DNA from: Chrysochromulina tobinii
Lineage: Eukaryota
Length of the DNA stretch: 64,000 nt
Assembly: GCA_001275005.1 (NCBI GenBank)
Contig: JWZX01003391.1
Coordinates: 1 to 64,000 of the forward strand
Reading direction: 5' to 3'
Shown piece after piece: positions 34,785 to 45,675 of the stretch. The number at the start of each line of letters is the position of its first letter. The stretch's first letter is position 1. A model generated the notes under the pieces. It searched no databases and was not told where the DNA came from. It saw nothing but the letters and a program-made list of their open reading frames with translations. The position numbers and the translations under genes were made by a program.

Positions 34785-35567
34785 ATGCAGCGTCCTGTGG
34801 GGCACAATCTCGAGGCCGCGGTAGAGGAGGAGGAGGAGGAGGAGGTGGAGGAGGGATGGATGCCCAGGGAACGTACCGCGCCATCGCGGCTGCGGTTCTA
34901 CTGCATCGCTGGCGCGCTCACAGGTGCCGCATCCCTCGCTCTCTTCCTCATCGTGCTGCGCGCATCTCTCGGCTCGAGCGGCAATGTGCCGGCACCACCG
35001 GCCGCAGCAGCGAACTCCTCGGCACCGCGAGGGCCACCCTTGCCGCACGACGCACCATCGCTGTGGCCGGCATCGCCACATTGGGCCCCTGCTCCGCCGC
35101 CACCGCTGCCCCTTGTCACTCGGTGCACGGACAGCCTCGTCGAGTACCACGCGTGGCTGACCGCGTGGTTCACGGGCGTGGCTCCACGCACAGCGATTGA
35201 AACGGTGGACGCGGGCATGAGCCTCGCACCCTCGGTCGTCCTCGTCGTTCCGACGGGCGAGGCGTACGGCCACGCAGAGATGCTGGAGATGCTGATGGCG
35301 CACTACGCGGAGGAGCTGCCGGGCAGCACGCACCGGCCCGACCTTGGCTCCATTGTGGTGCATCGAGCGGATGCGGATGAGGTGGAGCTCACCTTCAACG
35401 AGCTGCAGACCCAACCCCTGCCCGGCGACACGTGGCAGCGCTGCGTGCTCACGACGACTGCAATCTGCGTGGCCCAGCCGTCTGCGGGGTCGGGCGTCGC
35501 GTGGCGCAGCTTTGTGGAGCGAGCGGAGCTGCCGTGCAGCACAGGTCACGGCCGGGAAGGAGCGTAG
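34785..35567 (+). CDS. Membrane-anchored NTF2/SnoaL-like (DUF4440-like) protein
   Basis: One TM segment, Pro-rich linker, then VEYHAWLTAWFTG..VLVVPTG..FNELQ..TTAI..GVAWRSFVE. Confidence 0.55.
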   Translation: MQRPVGHNLEAAVEEEEEEEVEEGWMPRERTAPSRLRFYCIAGALTGAASLALFLIVLRASLGSSGNVPAPPAAAANSSAPRGPPLPHDAPSLWPASPHWAPAPPPPLPLVTRCTDSLVEYHAWLTAWFTGVAPRTAIETVDAGMSLAPSVVLVVPTGEAYGHAEMLEMLMAHYAEELPGSTHRPDLGSIVVHRADADEVELTFNELQTQPLPGDTWQRCVLTTTAICVAQPSAGSGVAWRSFVERAELPCSTGHGREGA

Positions 35568-36106
35568 TTGCGGCAGTGAGCTAGGGCGCGGAAATCAATC
35601 GACACTTCGCTACGCCCAGACCAACAACATGGCTAGCCCAGTCGCTCCCCATCGCGCAGCATCTTCGGCCACTATCGCTCCAGCACCTCGTGCAGCACGT
35701 AGCACACGACCGCGCTGGGCCCTGGCCGCACTGGGCACTTGATCGCGCAGCGTGTTCCTCGCACATGAGCCGAGCGCCGCGGCGAGCGAGACGTGACTTG
35801 ACTTGACTTGTATGTGTGTGTCCGGCTTAGCCTTAGGTTTGCACAGGTCATGGCACAGGTGCGAAAGCCGGTAGTCCGGTCGACATCAACATAGAACCCA
35901 TAGCACAATTGCCCAAACAACAATTGAGACGCGTCTGAACTTTGAGTTCTCACTCGAGCGAACCTGTCTTCGGGGACCTCTACACCTGCATGCCCTCTCG
36001 GTAGATGCCACTTATGCTCGCGCGCGGCAAAAGTCCACAAGAAGATGCGCGTCGTGTACATGTATTCACAACACGAGGCAGCTTAACTGCGAAGACAAAT
36101 CCTTCG

Positions 36107-37126
36107 ATGCGAGCGAAGATCATGTGTCTTCTGCTCATTATCGTGCTGCTCTGTACATCGCGCGCAGCAAGCTCGCGTGTAGCTGTAGCCGTCACAAGGC
36201 GGCTGGCGGTGCCGCCTGTCCAGGCGCGTCAGGCCTGGCTTGACTACGCCTGGGCAGCTGGTGGTGGCCTGCCACTCGTTGCTTCACTGGTCAGTGCAGA
36301 TCGGCAGGAAAGGACGCTGTTGCCGCTGATGCTGCGCGAGTGTCTCGTCGAGGACGGTTACGTGCTCAAAGACGCGGGCGCGCTGGCCGTCGACGTGCCT
36401 GCGCGCTCTCACCGTGCGAAGCTCCTGTTCGAGCCGGCCGTCGATGCTTTGGGCAGCACCGATCTAACGTGGCACGTCGAGTTTGAGACCACGAGTCGGA
36501 GCGCGCTCTGGGCGGCCGTGACGGAGACAACCGTCGGCGAAGTGTGTGCAAATCTGGAGGCCTACACGGCGACTCCTTCCTTCTTCGTTCTCGAGGCGCA
36601 GCTGGCCGCATCACCGTCGGCGTGCTTGGCATGTTGGCTCGAGTGTTTCCGCGACGGCGACCTCGGCTTGCCGCTGCCTATGCTGCCACCGATAGTCCTC
36701 AACGAGGGGGCCGACAGCGGCTCCGGGTACGAGCGGCTCATCTTGCCACCCGGGCTAAGGGAGCGCCTGCTCGAGGTCGACGACGGTGGGGGCGCTGCGA
36801 CTACAACGAGCCTGAGCTATTCTGTTATGAATCCGTCCTGGCTGACATGCTACCCGGCGCACTCGCACCGAGGCGACGTGAACTTTCGGTCGGTCGACGC
36901 GGAACACAAGGCGAGCGCGTTGCGCTGGGTCATCGCCGTGCGGCCCATGCGAGGCGGGGCGGCGCTCGTTCGCGCGCTCACAGAGCTGATCGTGCCGGCA
37001 TTCACGACCAACCTGGCGGCTCGTGTCGCCGAGGGCAGTGGCGCGGACGATGTGGCGAGCGTCACCTTTGGGTGGTCGAAGAGTGGACCCGGTGTGTCGA
37101 ATTGTGCGCTTGAAGTACAGTTGTAA
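36107..37126 (+). CDS. Signal-peptide protein with two SRPBCC/polyketide-cyclase-like repeats
   Basis: Leader MCLLLIIVLLCTSRAA; internally repeated pattern GLPL..ER..LP..LRE..SHR..F..L.W. Confidence 0.55.
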   Translation: MRAKIMCLLLIIVLLCTSRAASSRVAVAVTRRLAVPPVQARQAWLDYAWAAGGGLPLVASLVSADRQERTLLPLMLRECLVEDGYVLKDAGALAVDVPARSHRAKLLFEPAVDALGSTDLTWHVEFETTSRSALWAAVTETTVGEVCANLEAYTATPSFFVLEAQLAASPSACLACWLECFRDGDLGLPLPMLPPIVLNEGADSGSGYERLILPPGLRERLLEVDDGGGAATTTSLSYSVMNPSWLTCYPAHSHRGDVNFRSVDAEHKASALRWVIAVRPMRGGAALVRALTELIVPAFTTNLAARVAEGSGADDVASVTFGWSKSGPGVSNCALEVQL

Positions 37127-37198
37127 CTGTGAACAGAGAATCGACGAATCTTAGAGATGACATCTCCGAGAGCCTTTTTCTCGGAACACAAATCGAAA

Positions 37199-37842
37199 AT
37201 GCTGAGCGTCGTTGTTGCTGCTGCAATCTCATTCGCGCCCAACGCGGCTCCCGTTCAGATCGTCGGCATTCGCGCGAACGCCCCCGTGATGTCGGCGCAG
37301 CCGATGAACCGCCGATCGGCGGTTCTCTCGGCCGCGGCTGCGGCCGCTGCCCTGCCGCTGATGGCCCGTGCGGAGATTTACCAGGGCGGCACATCCCTCG
37401 GGATGAAATCGGACAAGGACTATCTTGCGGGCTCGGTGCGGCTCCGCAGCATCGAACTCGTGGCGGTTGGCGGTGTCTCATGGCCACTTGCACTCCCGCA
37501 TCGAGGCTGTTAATCATCATGCCTTCGACTCACATCTCGCAGGATGACGCCCTGGCCGCCATTGCGGCGCGCGCCAACAAGGCCAACGAGGAGGAGAAGC
37601 GGAGGAAGGCCGAAGAGTACGCCCGTGCTGTCGAACGCGGTGATAGCGAGAAGGCGAACGCGCTGGCGCCCGTGCTGGTCGGACTTGTTGGTGGGGGTTC
37701 GATCGTGTTTTCGCTTCCCTTCTTCTATAAGAACTTGATGCGCCTCGGGCTGCGATGGGCGTCCGTGGTCAACAAGGACATCAAGCAGGAGGACTTCGAC
37801 AAGAACTACAACCCCAAGGCCAAGGGCGGGAAACGCCGCTAA
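37199..37842 (+). CDS. Plastid/thylakoid-targeted small membrane protein (2 exons)
   Basis: Exons 37199-37435 and 37543-37842 (intron 37436-37542, GT-AG, in frame); signal peptide + ISF, twin-Arg NRRSAVL..ARA cleavage, one C-terminal TM helix. Confidence 0.7.
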
Positions 37843-38792
37843 AATTTTGCGGACGGCGTCTGGAGTGCCATTGCGCGCGAGTGGGTGTGGGACCTTCCTG
37901 TATCCTGACCGGTGTGTTGGCTGAGAGCAGGGCGCAGGCGCGAGGCGGCGGCCGGCGCGCGCATGCCCATGCCGCGCCGCTTCGTAGTGGTTAGCGCAGT
38001 GGGGCTCGCCGAATGCGTGGGAATAGGCGGACCCCTATATAACCATGTTTTGGCTTTGTATCTAAGAATTGTCTATAAATACTCACGTCACGTCATCCTT
38101 GGGATTCCGGCTATGTCAGTGGGTGTAGGGGAGCGGGGCCGGGGGCGGAATCGTCTTTATTTATATACTCCTATTAGCGTATCGTCTGTCACCGAGGGCG
38201 GGCGCTTTGGAACCACCGTGCGGACTCGTGCACAATTAGTGCACAAGGGCTGGAGCCTGGTGGACGATGAGTCGAAGGTAGATGATAGCGCTGTGAATCC
38301 CCACTGACAAACCACTGCCTGCGTTGCATGCTGCGTTGCCCCTCCGTTTACCACGTCCGCTACACGTCGGCTTGAAAATCGACTACCACCACACCCCACG
38401 CCGCATATTTACCGGTAATGGCAAAAAAATCATGTAAAAGAGTCGAAAGAGAGACACCCAACTGGATTCCAAGCTCCAAGAGGGCAAAGGGGGTAGGCCT
38501 GGCCCTCTACATTGTACTGTAGTCACTGCCATGGTAGTCGAGTGCGCAAAATGCGAGTGCGGTAGGGGCGGCGGGGTACGGCATGAAAAAGATAAATACC
38601 GCAACAAAATATGGAAGGCGATTTGTGGGCGTCCCCACCCTCGTTCCAGCCCCTTTTTCCCGTGATTAAAATGTGGGATGAAGAAGTTGCCAAAAGCCCG
38701 CGAGAAAACACGTCAGCGAGAAGCCGGACGTCCTCATCACACTCTTAGACCTGCAGTAGGTGTGCCGTCGCCGCGGCGACGGCAGCTGGCTG

Positions 38793-39575
38793 ATGGACGT
38801 ACTGGCCGCCACTGCCGGTGCGGAGAGCAGTAGCCTCGAAGCCGCTCATTCGCTGGCTGACGGCGCCAGCAGCAGCGCCTTTGGGCCAACGATGGGCGTG
38901 ACAGTCGCACAAACCGAACTTGGTGACTATGACCCCAACGACAATCCCAATGACACAATCGATGAGAAGCGGCTTAAGCGCATGCGGCGCAATCGCGAGT
39001 CGGCCGCGCAATCGCGGAACCGGAAGAAGCAGTACGTCGAGGAGCTCGAGTCGCAGGTGAAGACTTTGGAGGAGCAAGTTACGGCACTCCACCAGGAAAA
39101 CATCGACCTGCGACGAGAGCATGCGCGCCTGATCGGACAGCCCTTCCCGGAGCTCCGACCATCCGGCTTTGGTATGGCTGCACCCTCGTACGCGTCCGGC
39201 AGCGACACATCCACCGCCGCGGTCGCCGTCGAAGACGCTGCGTATTCGGATGCATGCGGCCCCATGGCCATGGCGACGGCCCCCATCGCCACTGCGACGC
39301 TCGCGCCGCCTGCTATGGCAGTGCGCAAGCCGTCGGTGGGGGCGACGGACGCCCTCCTTGGCCTCGAGCTGCTCTCGCGCTCTGCCTCATGCGCCGGTCT
39401 ACCTGATGGACCGATCGGGCCGAGCGAGGTTACGGCGGTGAGCGTCAGCCACGCAGCTGCGTATGCTGCCACCGCCGCCGCTGCCGCCGCCGCTGCCGCC
39501 GCCGCCGCGCAACAGGCGCACACGGCCGCGGAGGAGGTGTTGCAGCAACACCACGCAGGCCGGACTGAGCCGTGA
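38793..39575 (+). CDS. bZIP transcription factor
   Basis: KRLKRMRRNRESAAQSRNRKKQYVEELESQVKTLEEQVTALHQENIDL. Confidence 0.95.
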   Translation: MDVLAATAGAESSSLEAAHSLADGASSSAFGPTMGVTVAQTELGDYDPNDNPNDTIDEKRLKRMRRNRESAAQSRNRKKQYVEELESQVKTLEEQVTALHQENIDLRREHARLIGQPFPELRPSGFGMAAPSYASGSDTSTAAVAVEDAAYSDACGPMAMATAPIATATLAPPAMAVRKPSVGATDALLGLELLSRSASCAGLPDGPIGPSEVTAVSVSHAAAYAATAAAAAAAAAAAAQQAHTAAEEVLQQHHAGRTEP

Positions 39576-40233
39576 GGCACCGCGTCGCCTCCGACCGCCT
39601 TCGCCACGATCTATGGGTGTAGCGACTGATGGTGGTGCAGAAGGCGGCATGGGGAAAGTGGAGGGGCCGGAAAGGGGGTTGGCACTCGCACTCCATCCCC
39701 CATAGCCTCCCCCCTTTGCTGTCTAGCCGCCCCGCTGCGCGGCTGATCGCCTCCATCGCCAGCTGCCTCCCGGCGAGCCTGCACACAGGAGGCGAGGGGG
39801 GCGCGGATAGTTCCGGCGGGAATCGAGCGCTTTCGACAGTCAACATCGTGTAATACCCAGGTCTGTGCACAACTCGACCACGCTCTATTCCGTCGGGACA
39901 TGTGCAGGTGCTGCCAGTGCGTTCTGTCGACTGGGATGTTTTGTTCAACTTTATGTATCTCGTGTATGAACAGCAGTCAGCACGCGTACGATCGAATATT
40001 TATCCGCGAGTAACGTGGTCCACCGAATCATCGCTACAAACCCCCGTTGCGGCATTGCTTCGACGTTCGAGCCGCTTTGCGATTTGCGTGTGAGACCGAG
40101 CGAGTACTCGATTTCGATCCAATCACACTTCAGCGTGCTCGAAAAGTATTCCTTCTGAGGTCAAGTTTGGTACACACCAGTAACTGTGCCGTAGCACCAG
40201 TTGCGTCTCGTCTGTGGTGTTAACGTTCACACC

Positions 40234-41481
40234 ATGATGAGCGTCGCGGTCGCTTCGTCGTCGGCGTCAAGCCTCGTCGTTGAGCACGTCGGAGAAGGCC
40301 TCGGCTTCGGCCTGCGTGCAACTCGGGACCTGCCACTCGGCACCGTCGTACTGAGAGAGCGTCCAATCGCTGTGCTCCGAGCCAGTGAGCTCCGACACGT
40401 CATCGGGCAGGATCCTCCGCTGGAGAGGTTAGTGGCATCAGCTGCGGACGAGGCATCTGCCTTCAGCGACGCGCAGTACTGGCCAGCTCCGACTCACGCA
40501 TCTGCTGAGGTTATTGAGCGCTTTGCGAGCCATGTCTTCGCCCAACTGCCTGAGCCGCTGCAGCGCAAGTGGATGTCGCTAGCAGACTCATTCTCAGTGC
40601 CACCAGCCAAGTCGCCCGGCAACGTCGTGCGGAGTAACGCGTTCACCGATACGGCCGTTGGCGATAGTTACCTGTACGAGGTCCTCTCACGCGCCAATCA
40701 CAGCTGTCGGCCAAACATCAGCCGCACCTTTGAGGGTAGTACCGTCGTGGTTAGGACGACACGCACAGTGGCCGCGGGTGAGCCGCTGCTGATCTCATAC
40801 CTCTCGGATACGGTACTCGCGCGGCCGACCAACGAGCGACGCGCTGCGTTGCGTGCCAAGTTCTGCTTCCACTGCGAGTGCGAGCGCTGTGGCGAGCGCT
40901 GCGGCAAGGTCGCGGCACGAGCGGGGCGCCTAGAGGCCACCACCCCTCCTCAACCCTCGGGTAAGAGCCACGCGGGCAACCTCGCGGGCAGCCTCGCGGG
41001 CAGCCTCGCGGGCAGCCACGTGGCCCATCTCGATCGCGTCAGCCGCGCTGGCAGTCCCGCTGGTAGCCTCGCTGGTAGCCGCACCAGCCTCGCTCATAGC
41101 CACACTGGCAGCCTCGCTGATAGCACGCCGATGCTACATGCACTGCGCGGTGCCCATGCCGCTCTGCAGGCACAGCTGCACGCGTGTCATACGCAGCAGC
41201 AGCAGCAGCAGCAGCGGTGCCGGCAGCGCCAGCAGCAGCAGCAGCCTGCGCCGTCATACGTGAGCGACTCGCCGAGCGCCGTGATGAGCGACTCGCTGAG
41301 CGCTTCCACAGCGGCATGTGTTGAGGCGCTTCGCGCTGTCGAGGGCGCCCTTTGCCTTCTTGCCGGTGGTGCTGCAGAGGATGCCGTCTCTCGAGCACAT
41401 ACCACCGCCGCCGCCGCCGTCGCCGCCACTACCACAGCCACTACACTCGCTGCCGCCACCACGGCCGCCACCGATACCGCC

Positions 41482-41519
<38 letters not shown>

Positions 41520-44500
41520 TACCATGAGCTCTGAAGCGCTCGCCTTCTTGGCCTCGCGCCTCGACCTGGCAACGCGCCCAACAGCAGCACTTCTCGATCT
41601 GCGCAGCGAGGTCGCCTTTGACGAAATGCACCTTCAAGGAGCCGCCTCGTTCTCGCTCAGCACGCTTCCCCACAGGACGGCTGAGCTCCCACCCTCCAGC
41701 TCAGCTGGGCTGCATTTGCTCGGCGCGAGCGTGGCGGAGCTCGCGCACGCGCGCCACTTTCTGAATGAGCAGGTGCGCTGATTGCCACTGATGGCCACTG
41801 AGAGCCACTGAGAGCCACTGATGGCCACTAATGACCACTGATGGCCACTAATGGCCCGTCCGAGTGCCACTAATGACCCGTCCGAGTGCCACTAATGACC
41901 CGTCCGAGTGCCCCTAATGCCCCCAATGCCCCTAACTCATGAGCAGGGCACAACCCAATGGACCATCCTCGGCGAGCTCGTCGCCTCTCCCGAGCTGTGG
42001 GACGTCGCGCGCCGGATGGGACTGCTCTCACGAGAGGCGTCGCGTCGCCTGTGGGAGCCTTCGCCCCACCTGCCACTTCTCGTACCAATGCTCGAGGCGC
42101 AGGGCGATCAGCATGCAATGAGGGTGGGTAATGCCTTTGGGGCGTCGCAGCGCCTGCTTCGCGCGCTCGCGTTTCCGACTGGCCGGTGGCGTGCGATTGA
42201 TTTGGGCTGTGGCCGTGGGCGCGACTGCGTGTGGCTGGCCCTGCGTGGCTGGAGTGTCGTCGGAGTCGACAACCAGCCTGCCTTTCTCGACCATCTGGCC
42301 ACCTTTGCGGCGCGCGAGAGGTCGCCAAATATGGGAGCCGTCGAGCCCAAACTGATCGATCTGCGACGGTGCGAGCGCTCGTCTTTGGAAGCGCTCCTCG
42401 CGCCACCTCTCGATCTCATCGTCATCTCGCGCTTCATGTCGCGCAAGCTGCTCGAGGCCGTTCTCGAGGTCATGCCGCCCGGGTGCGTGCTTGCGCTGCA
42501 TCATTTTCGGGAGGGGGCCACGTCCCTCAAGAGTGGTCGCCCCATCAAGGAAGCCGATCCGGATGCATGCGCTCTGGCCCCCGGTGAGTGTCTGCGGCGG
42601 TTCTCATCGCCCACCCTCGAGCTGCTCTTGCATGACGAAGGCCACGTGGGCGACGGGCGGCCGACGGTTAATTGGGCGGTGCGAAAGCTCGGCGCGTGGG
42701 TCGCTGCCGGCACTGAGCTACAGCCCCCGCCGAGCGTCCCCCCGGTGAGGGACGCCACGCCATTGAGGGCGTGCCTTGCTTCGAGACCTGCAGCCGTTGA
42801 TGGCGTGCCTGGCTCCGAGGGCGCGATGGATGCCGTGCAGGACGTTGGCGATGCGCTCGCATTCTTGGGCGTCCAGGTGCTGTGCAACGGGCGCTTGCTG
42901 CTGGGGGGGAAGAGCGTGGCGCAGGACGCGACGACGCTCGAGCTCGCTCGCGTCGCTCATGTCATCAACCTGACGCCGCTGCCGATGCCGCTGCCACCCT
43001 CGCCTGCGCCCTCGGGCACGATGGTGCGCTACACCCACGTGCCCGTTGGTGGCGCGTCGTCCCACGAGGAGATGGTGACCATGCTCCGTCGCGCCGTCGC
43101 GGCGATCAGCACGGCGCTCGACGCCCAGACCGCCGATGCGCCCACGACGGCGCTCGAGAGCGCCCAAAGCCCAACCTCCGCTGCGCTCACCGCCGGAGCG
43201 CCCGCGACGGCGCGGTACGCCGGCAAGCCACGCGCTACCGGCACCTGCGCTACCGGTGCCGTGCTCGTGCACTGCTCCCGAGGTCCGCTGCACGGGGGCG
43301 CCTCGGGCGCCGTCGGCGCGGCGTACTTGTTGCACACGGGGGCCGCTCGTTCGCTCCGCGCCGCCCTGGAGGCCTGCGGTGCGCAGCCACGCGGTCTCTC
43401 CCTAGCCGCGCTCTACGCCTTCGAGCTGAGCTCTTGTGGAAGCGTCTCCGACCTGAGCGGCACGTTGGGGGCGGGGGCGTGTGCGGCCGTGTGGGAAATC
43501 GAGGGTACGGTCGGCCTCGGCGCAGCCATTGGGGTGGGCTGGCCTCCAGCGCCTCGTCCGACGGTGGCGGGCGGCGCAACGTTGGCGGCGGCGGCGGAGG
43601 CGGCTGCAGCGGCGGCGGAGGCGGCGGCGGAGGCGGAGGCGGAGGCGGAGATGGAGAGCGTCGTGGTGCACCGGGGGCACGTGATGCGCATCCGAGTGGT
43701 TACGCGTGATCCCCAATTGGCGAGCATTGCCAACTTTGTGAGCCCGAAGGAGGCTGCGCATCTGGCTGCGTTGGCGAGACCGCATCTGAGCCCGTCTCGG
43801 GTGGCGCGCACTGACACGACGCGCACCGATACGGCGACCGGTGGCGAAGGCGAGGAGAAGGGGACGGTTGAGAAGGCCGCCGGGGGCGAAGCAGAGCAGG
43901 CAGGGGCGGTTGTGCAGCCGCCGGCCAGCGAGTGGCGCACCTCGACCTCCGCCTCCATTGGCGGAGGCGCGTGCACCGAGGGGGCGGACGCACCGGATCC
44001 GATCGTCGCGTTGGTCATCGAGCGTGCTGCCTTTCTGACCGGCCTCTCCCCGCACCACGCCGAGGACTTGCAAGTGGTATGCTGCCTGCCGGCTAACCCT
44101 AACCCTAACCCTAACCCTGACCCTGACCCTAACCCTGAGCCTAACCCTAACCCTAAGATGACTTGCAAGTAGTGGTACGCTACCTGCCGGGGCGGCAGTA
44201 CAAGCGAGCCCGATTGCATCTGATGGCCTCCCTGTGCCTGATTGCCTCCCTCATCAGGTACGCTACCTGCCGGGGCAGCAGTACCGCGAGCACTGCGACT
44301 GGTTCTCGCCCACTCAAGATGCGAGCTGCGTCGCGCGCACGAGGGAGCGCGGCAACCGACTCGTCTCGATCTTCGCATGCTTACAGGCATGCGAGAGGGG
44401 CGGCCAGACCGACTTTCCGCGCCTCGGGCTCCGGTTTGAGCTCGGGCTAGGCGAGGCGCTGCTTTGGATGAATGTGGACCGGCACGGCTGCCTCGACGGG

Positions 44501-44965
44501 CGCACACTGCACGCCGGCCGGCCCATCGACGCCGGGGAGAAGCTCGGCCTCAACGTGTGGCTCCGGCAGCGGCCGTCTGCGGGCGCCGTCTCGAGCGCGG
44601 CGCAGCAGCTGCTGCCGGGCAAGGCTGGGCGGCGGGCGAAGACGAAGGGCGATGCAACCCGGGCGGGGGAGACTCAATCCCGGGCGGGGGAGATTCAATC
44701 CCGGTCGGGGGAGATTCAATCCCGGGCGGGGGAGATTCAATCCCGGGCGGGGGAGATTCAAGACCAATCCTCGAGCGAGGGGCCGAGCGCGCGTGCCGAG
44801 CACTGTGCCGAGCACTGTGCCGAGCGCGCCGTGCCGAGCGCCGTGCCGAGCGCCATGCCAAACATTGCGCCGAGCGCGTGGCGGCCCTCGCAACCACCAC
44901 CGCGCCCGACGCTCGCCTCCCCCGGTGCGCAGCTTTCTGACGGTCTCCGTGAGCGCCCTTGGTAG
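40234..44965 (+). CDS. Multidomain protein: SET - rhodanese-like - SAM methyltransferase - DSP-like - prolyl 4-hydroxylase-like (~1458 aa, 3 exons)
   Basis: Exons 40234-41772, 41947-44076 and 44258-44965, both introns phase 0. Motifs: GFGLRAT/SRANHSCRPN/LLISYL/FHCECERC; LLDLRSEVAFDEMHLQGA; AIDLGCGRGRDCVWLALRGWSVVGVD; VAHVINLT/VLVHCSRG; EDLQV|VRYLPGQQYREHCDWF, GGQTDFP, TLHAGRP..GEKLGLNVW. Confidence 0.75.
41773..41946 (+). repeat. Intron made almost entirely of tandem repeats (10-nt GCCACTRATG-type and 22-nt units)
   Basis: GTGCGCTGAT...GAGCAG; repeats directly visible; removal fuses ORF 40201 to ORF 41908 in frame. Confidence 0.85.
44093..44156 (+). repeat. Interstitial telomere-like (CCCTAA/CCCTGA)n tract inside intron 44077-44257
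   Basis: About 10 hexamer units, some degenerate (CCCTGA). Confidence 0.92.
44658..44761 (+). repeat. 21-bp tandem repeat encoding (RAGEIQS)x~5
   Basis: CCCGGGCGGGGGAGATTCAAT units directly visible. Confidence 0.9.
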
Positions 44966-45675
44966 AACACGGTCTGCTCGACTTTAGCGTTTACTGTTCA
45001 CACTCCACGACACGCAATGGAAAAGACTCCCCGAATAACCTCCCATACCCCCCCCAGGCACGTGGATAGGTGGGGTTCGAAGTGTTCCTTGGGAGATGGG
45101 AGTTGGGGGATCGTTGGGGGGTAGGTGTGCAGTCTCTCGACGAACCCCGGGGCCCGGGCCGTACCGAGTTATATAGTTACGCGTGGCGCGGCCGCTCTAG
45201 GGGGGGGCAACGAACCGCCTACGAACCGCCCTCGCCAGGGGGGTTCTTCTAGCCACCCGATGGTCACCCGACGCGTTAGGTTCTTAGGTATACGGACCGG
45301 TGTGACAAACGAGAGTCGAGACCAAAAAATAGAGACAATCAAGTGGCGTGGAAAACGATCCTCCAAGCGCGAGCGAGGGATAAAGAAGGGGTAGGTGAAC
45401 GTTAAAGGGGTGACGTGGAAGGCGACCTCAACAAACACGTTGATTGATGGGGGAAGGCGCGGTACGGACGAGGATGGGGGGCACGCGACAGGCCATGATG
45501 TGTGCCCGGTAGTAATCGACCGTACAATTGTACGGTCCGTATACAAAGTAGTGCGTAGCTCGCGCTGTGCGCTTGCGATGGTCGCATGCAAAAGTATTGT
45601 GTCGGTTTTGGACTAAGTATGGTAGTTATGATAATAAGTACAGAAAAATTGTCCTTGCGCGTGCACAGGGGCTCA

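Noticed and set aside
41773..41946. CRISPR-like array (also considered for 11362-11490 and 44658-44761)
   Set aside because: Repeats are head-to-tail with no unique spacers, there are no cas genes, and the context is eukaryotic.
44093..44156. True telomere / chromosome end
   Set aside because: Short, degenerate, and the P4H coding sequence continues on both sides.
44077..44172. NPNPNP peptide at the end of ORF 41908-44172
   Set aside because: Read-through into an intron; splicing restores the conserved QVVRY motif.
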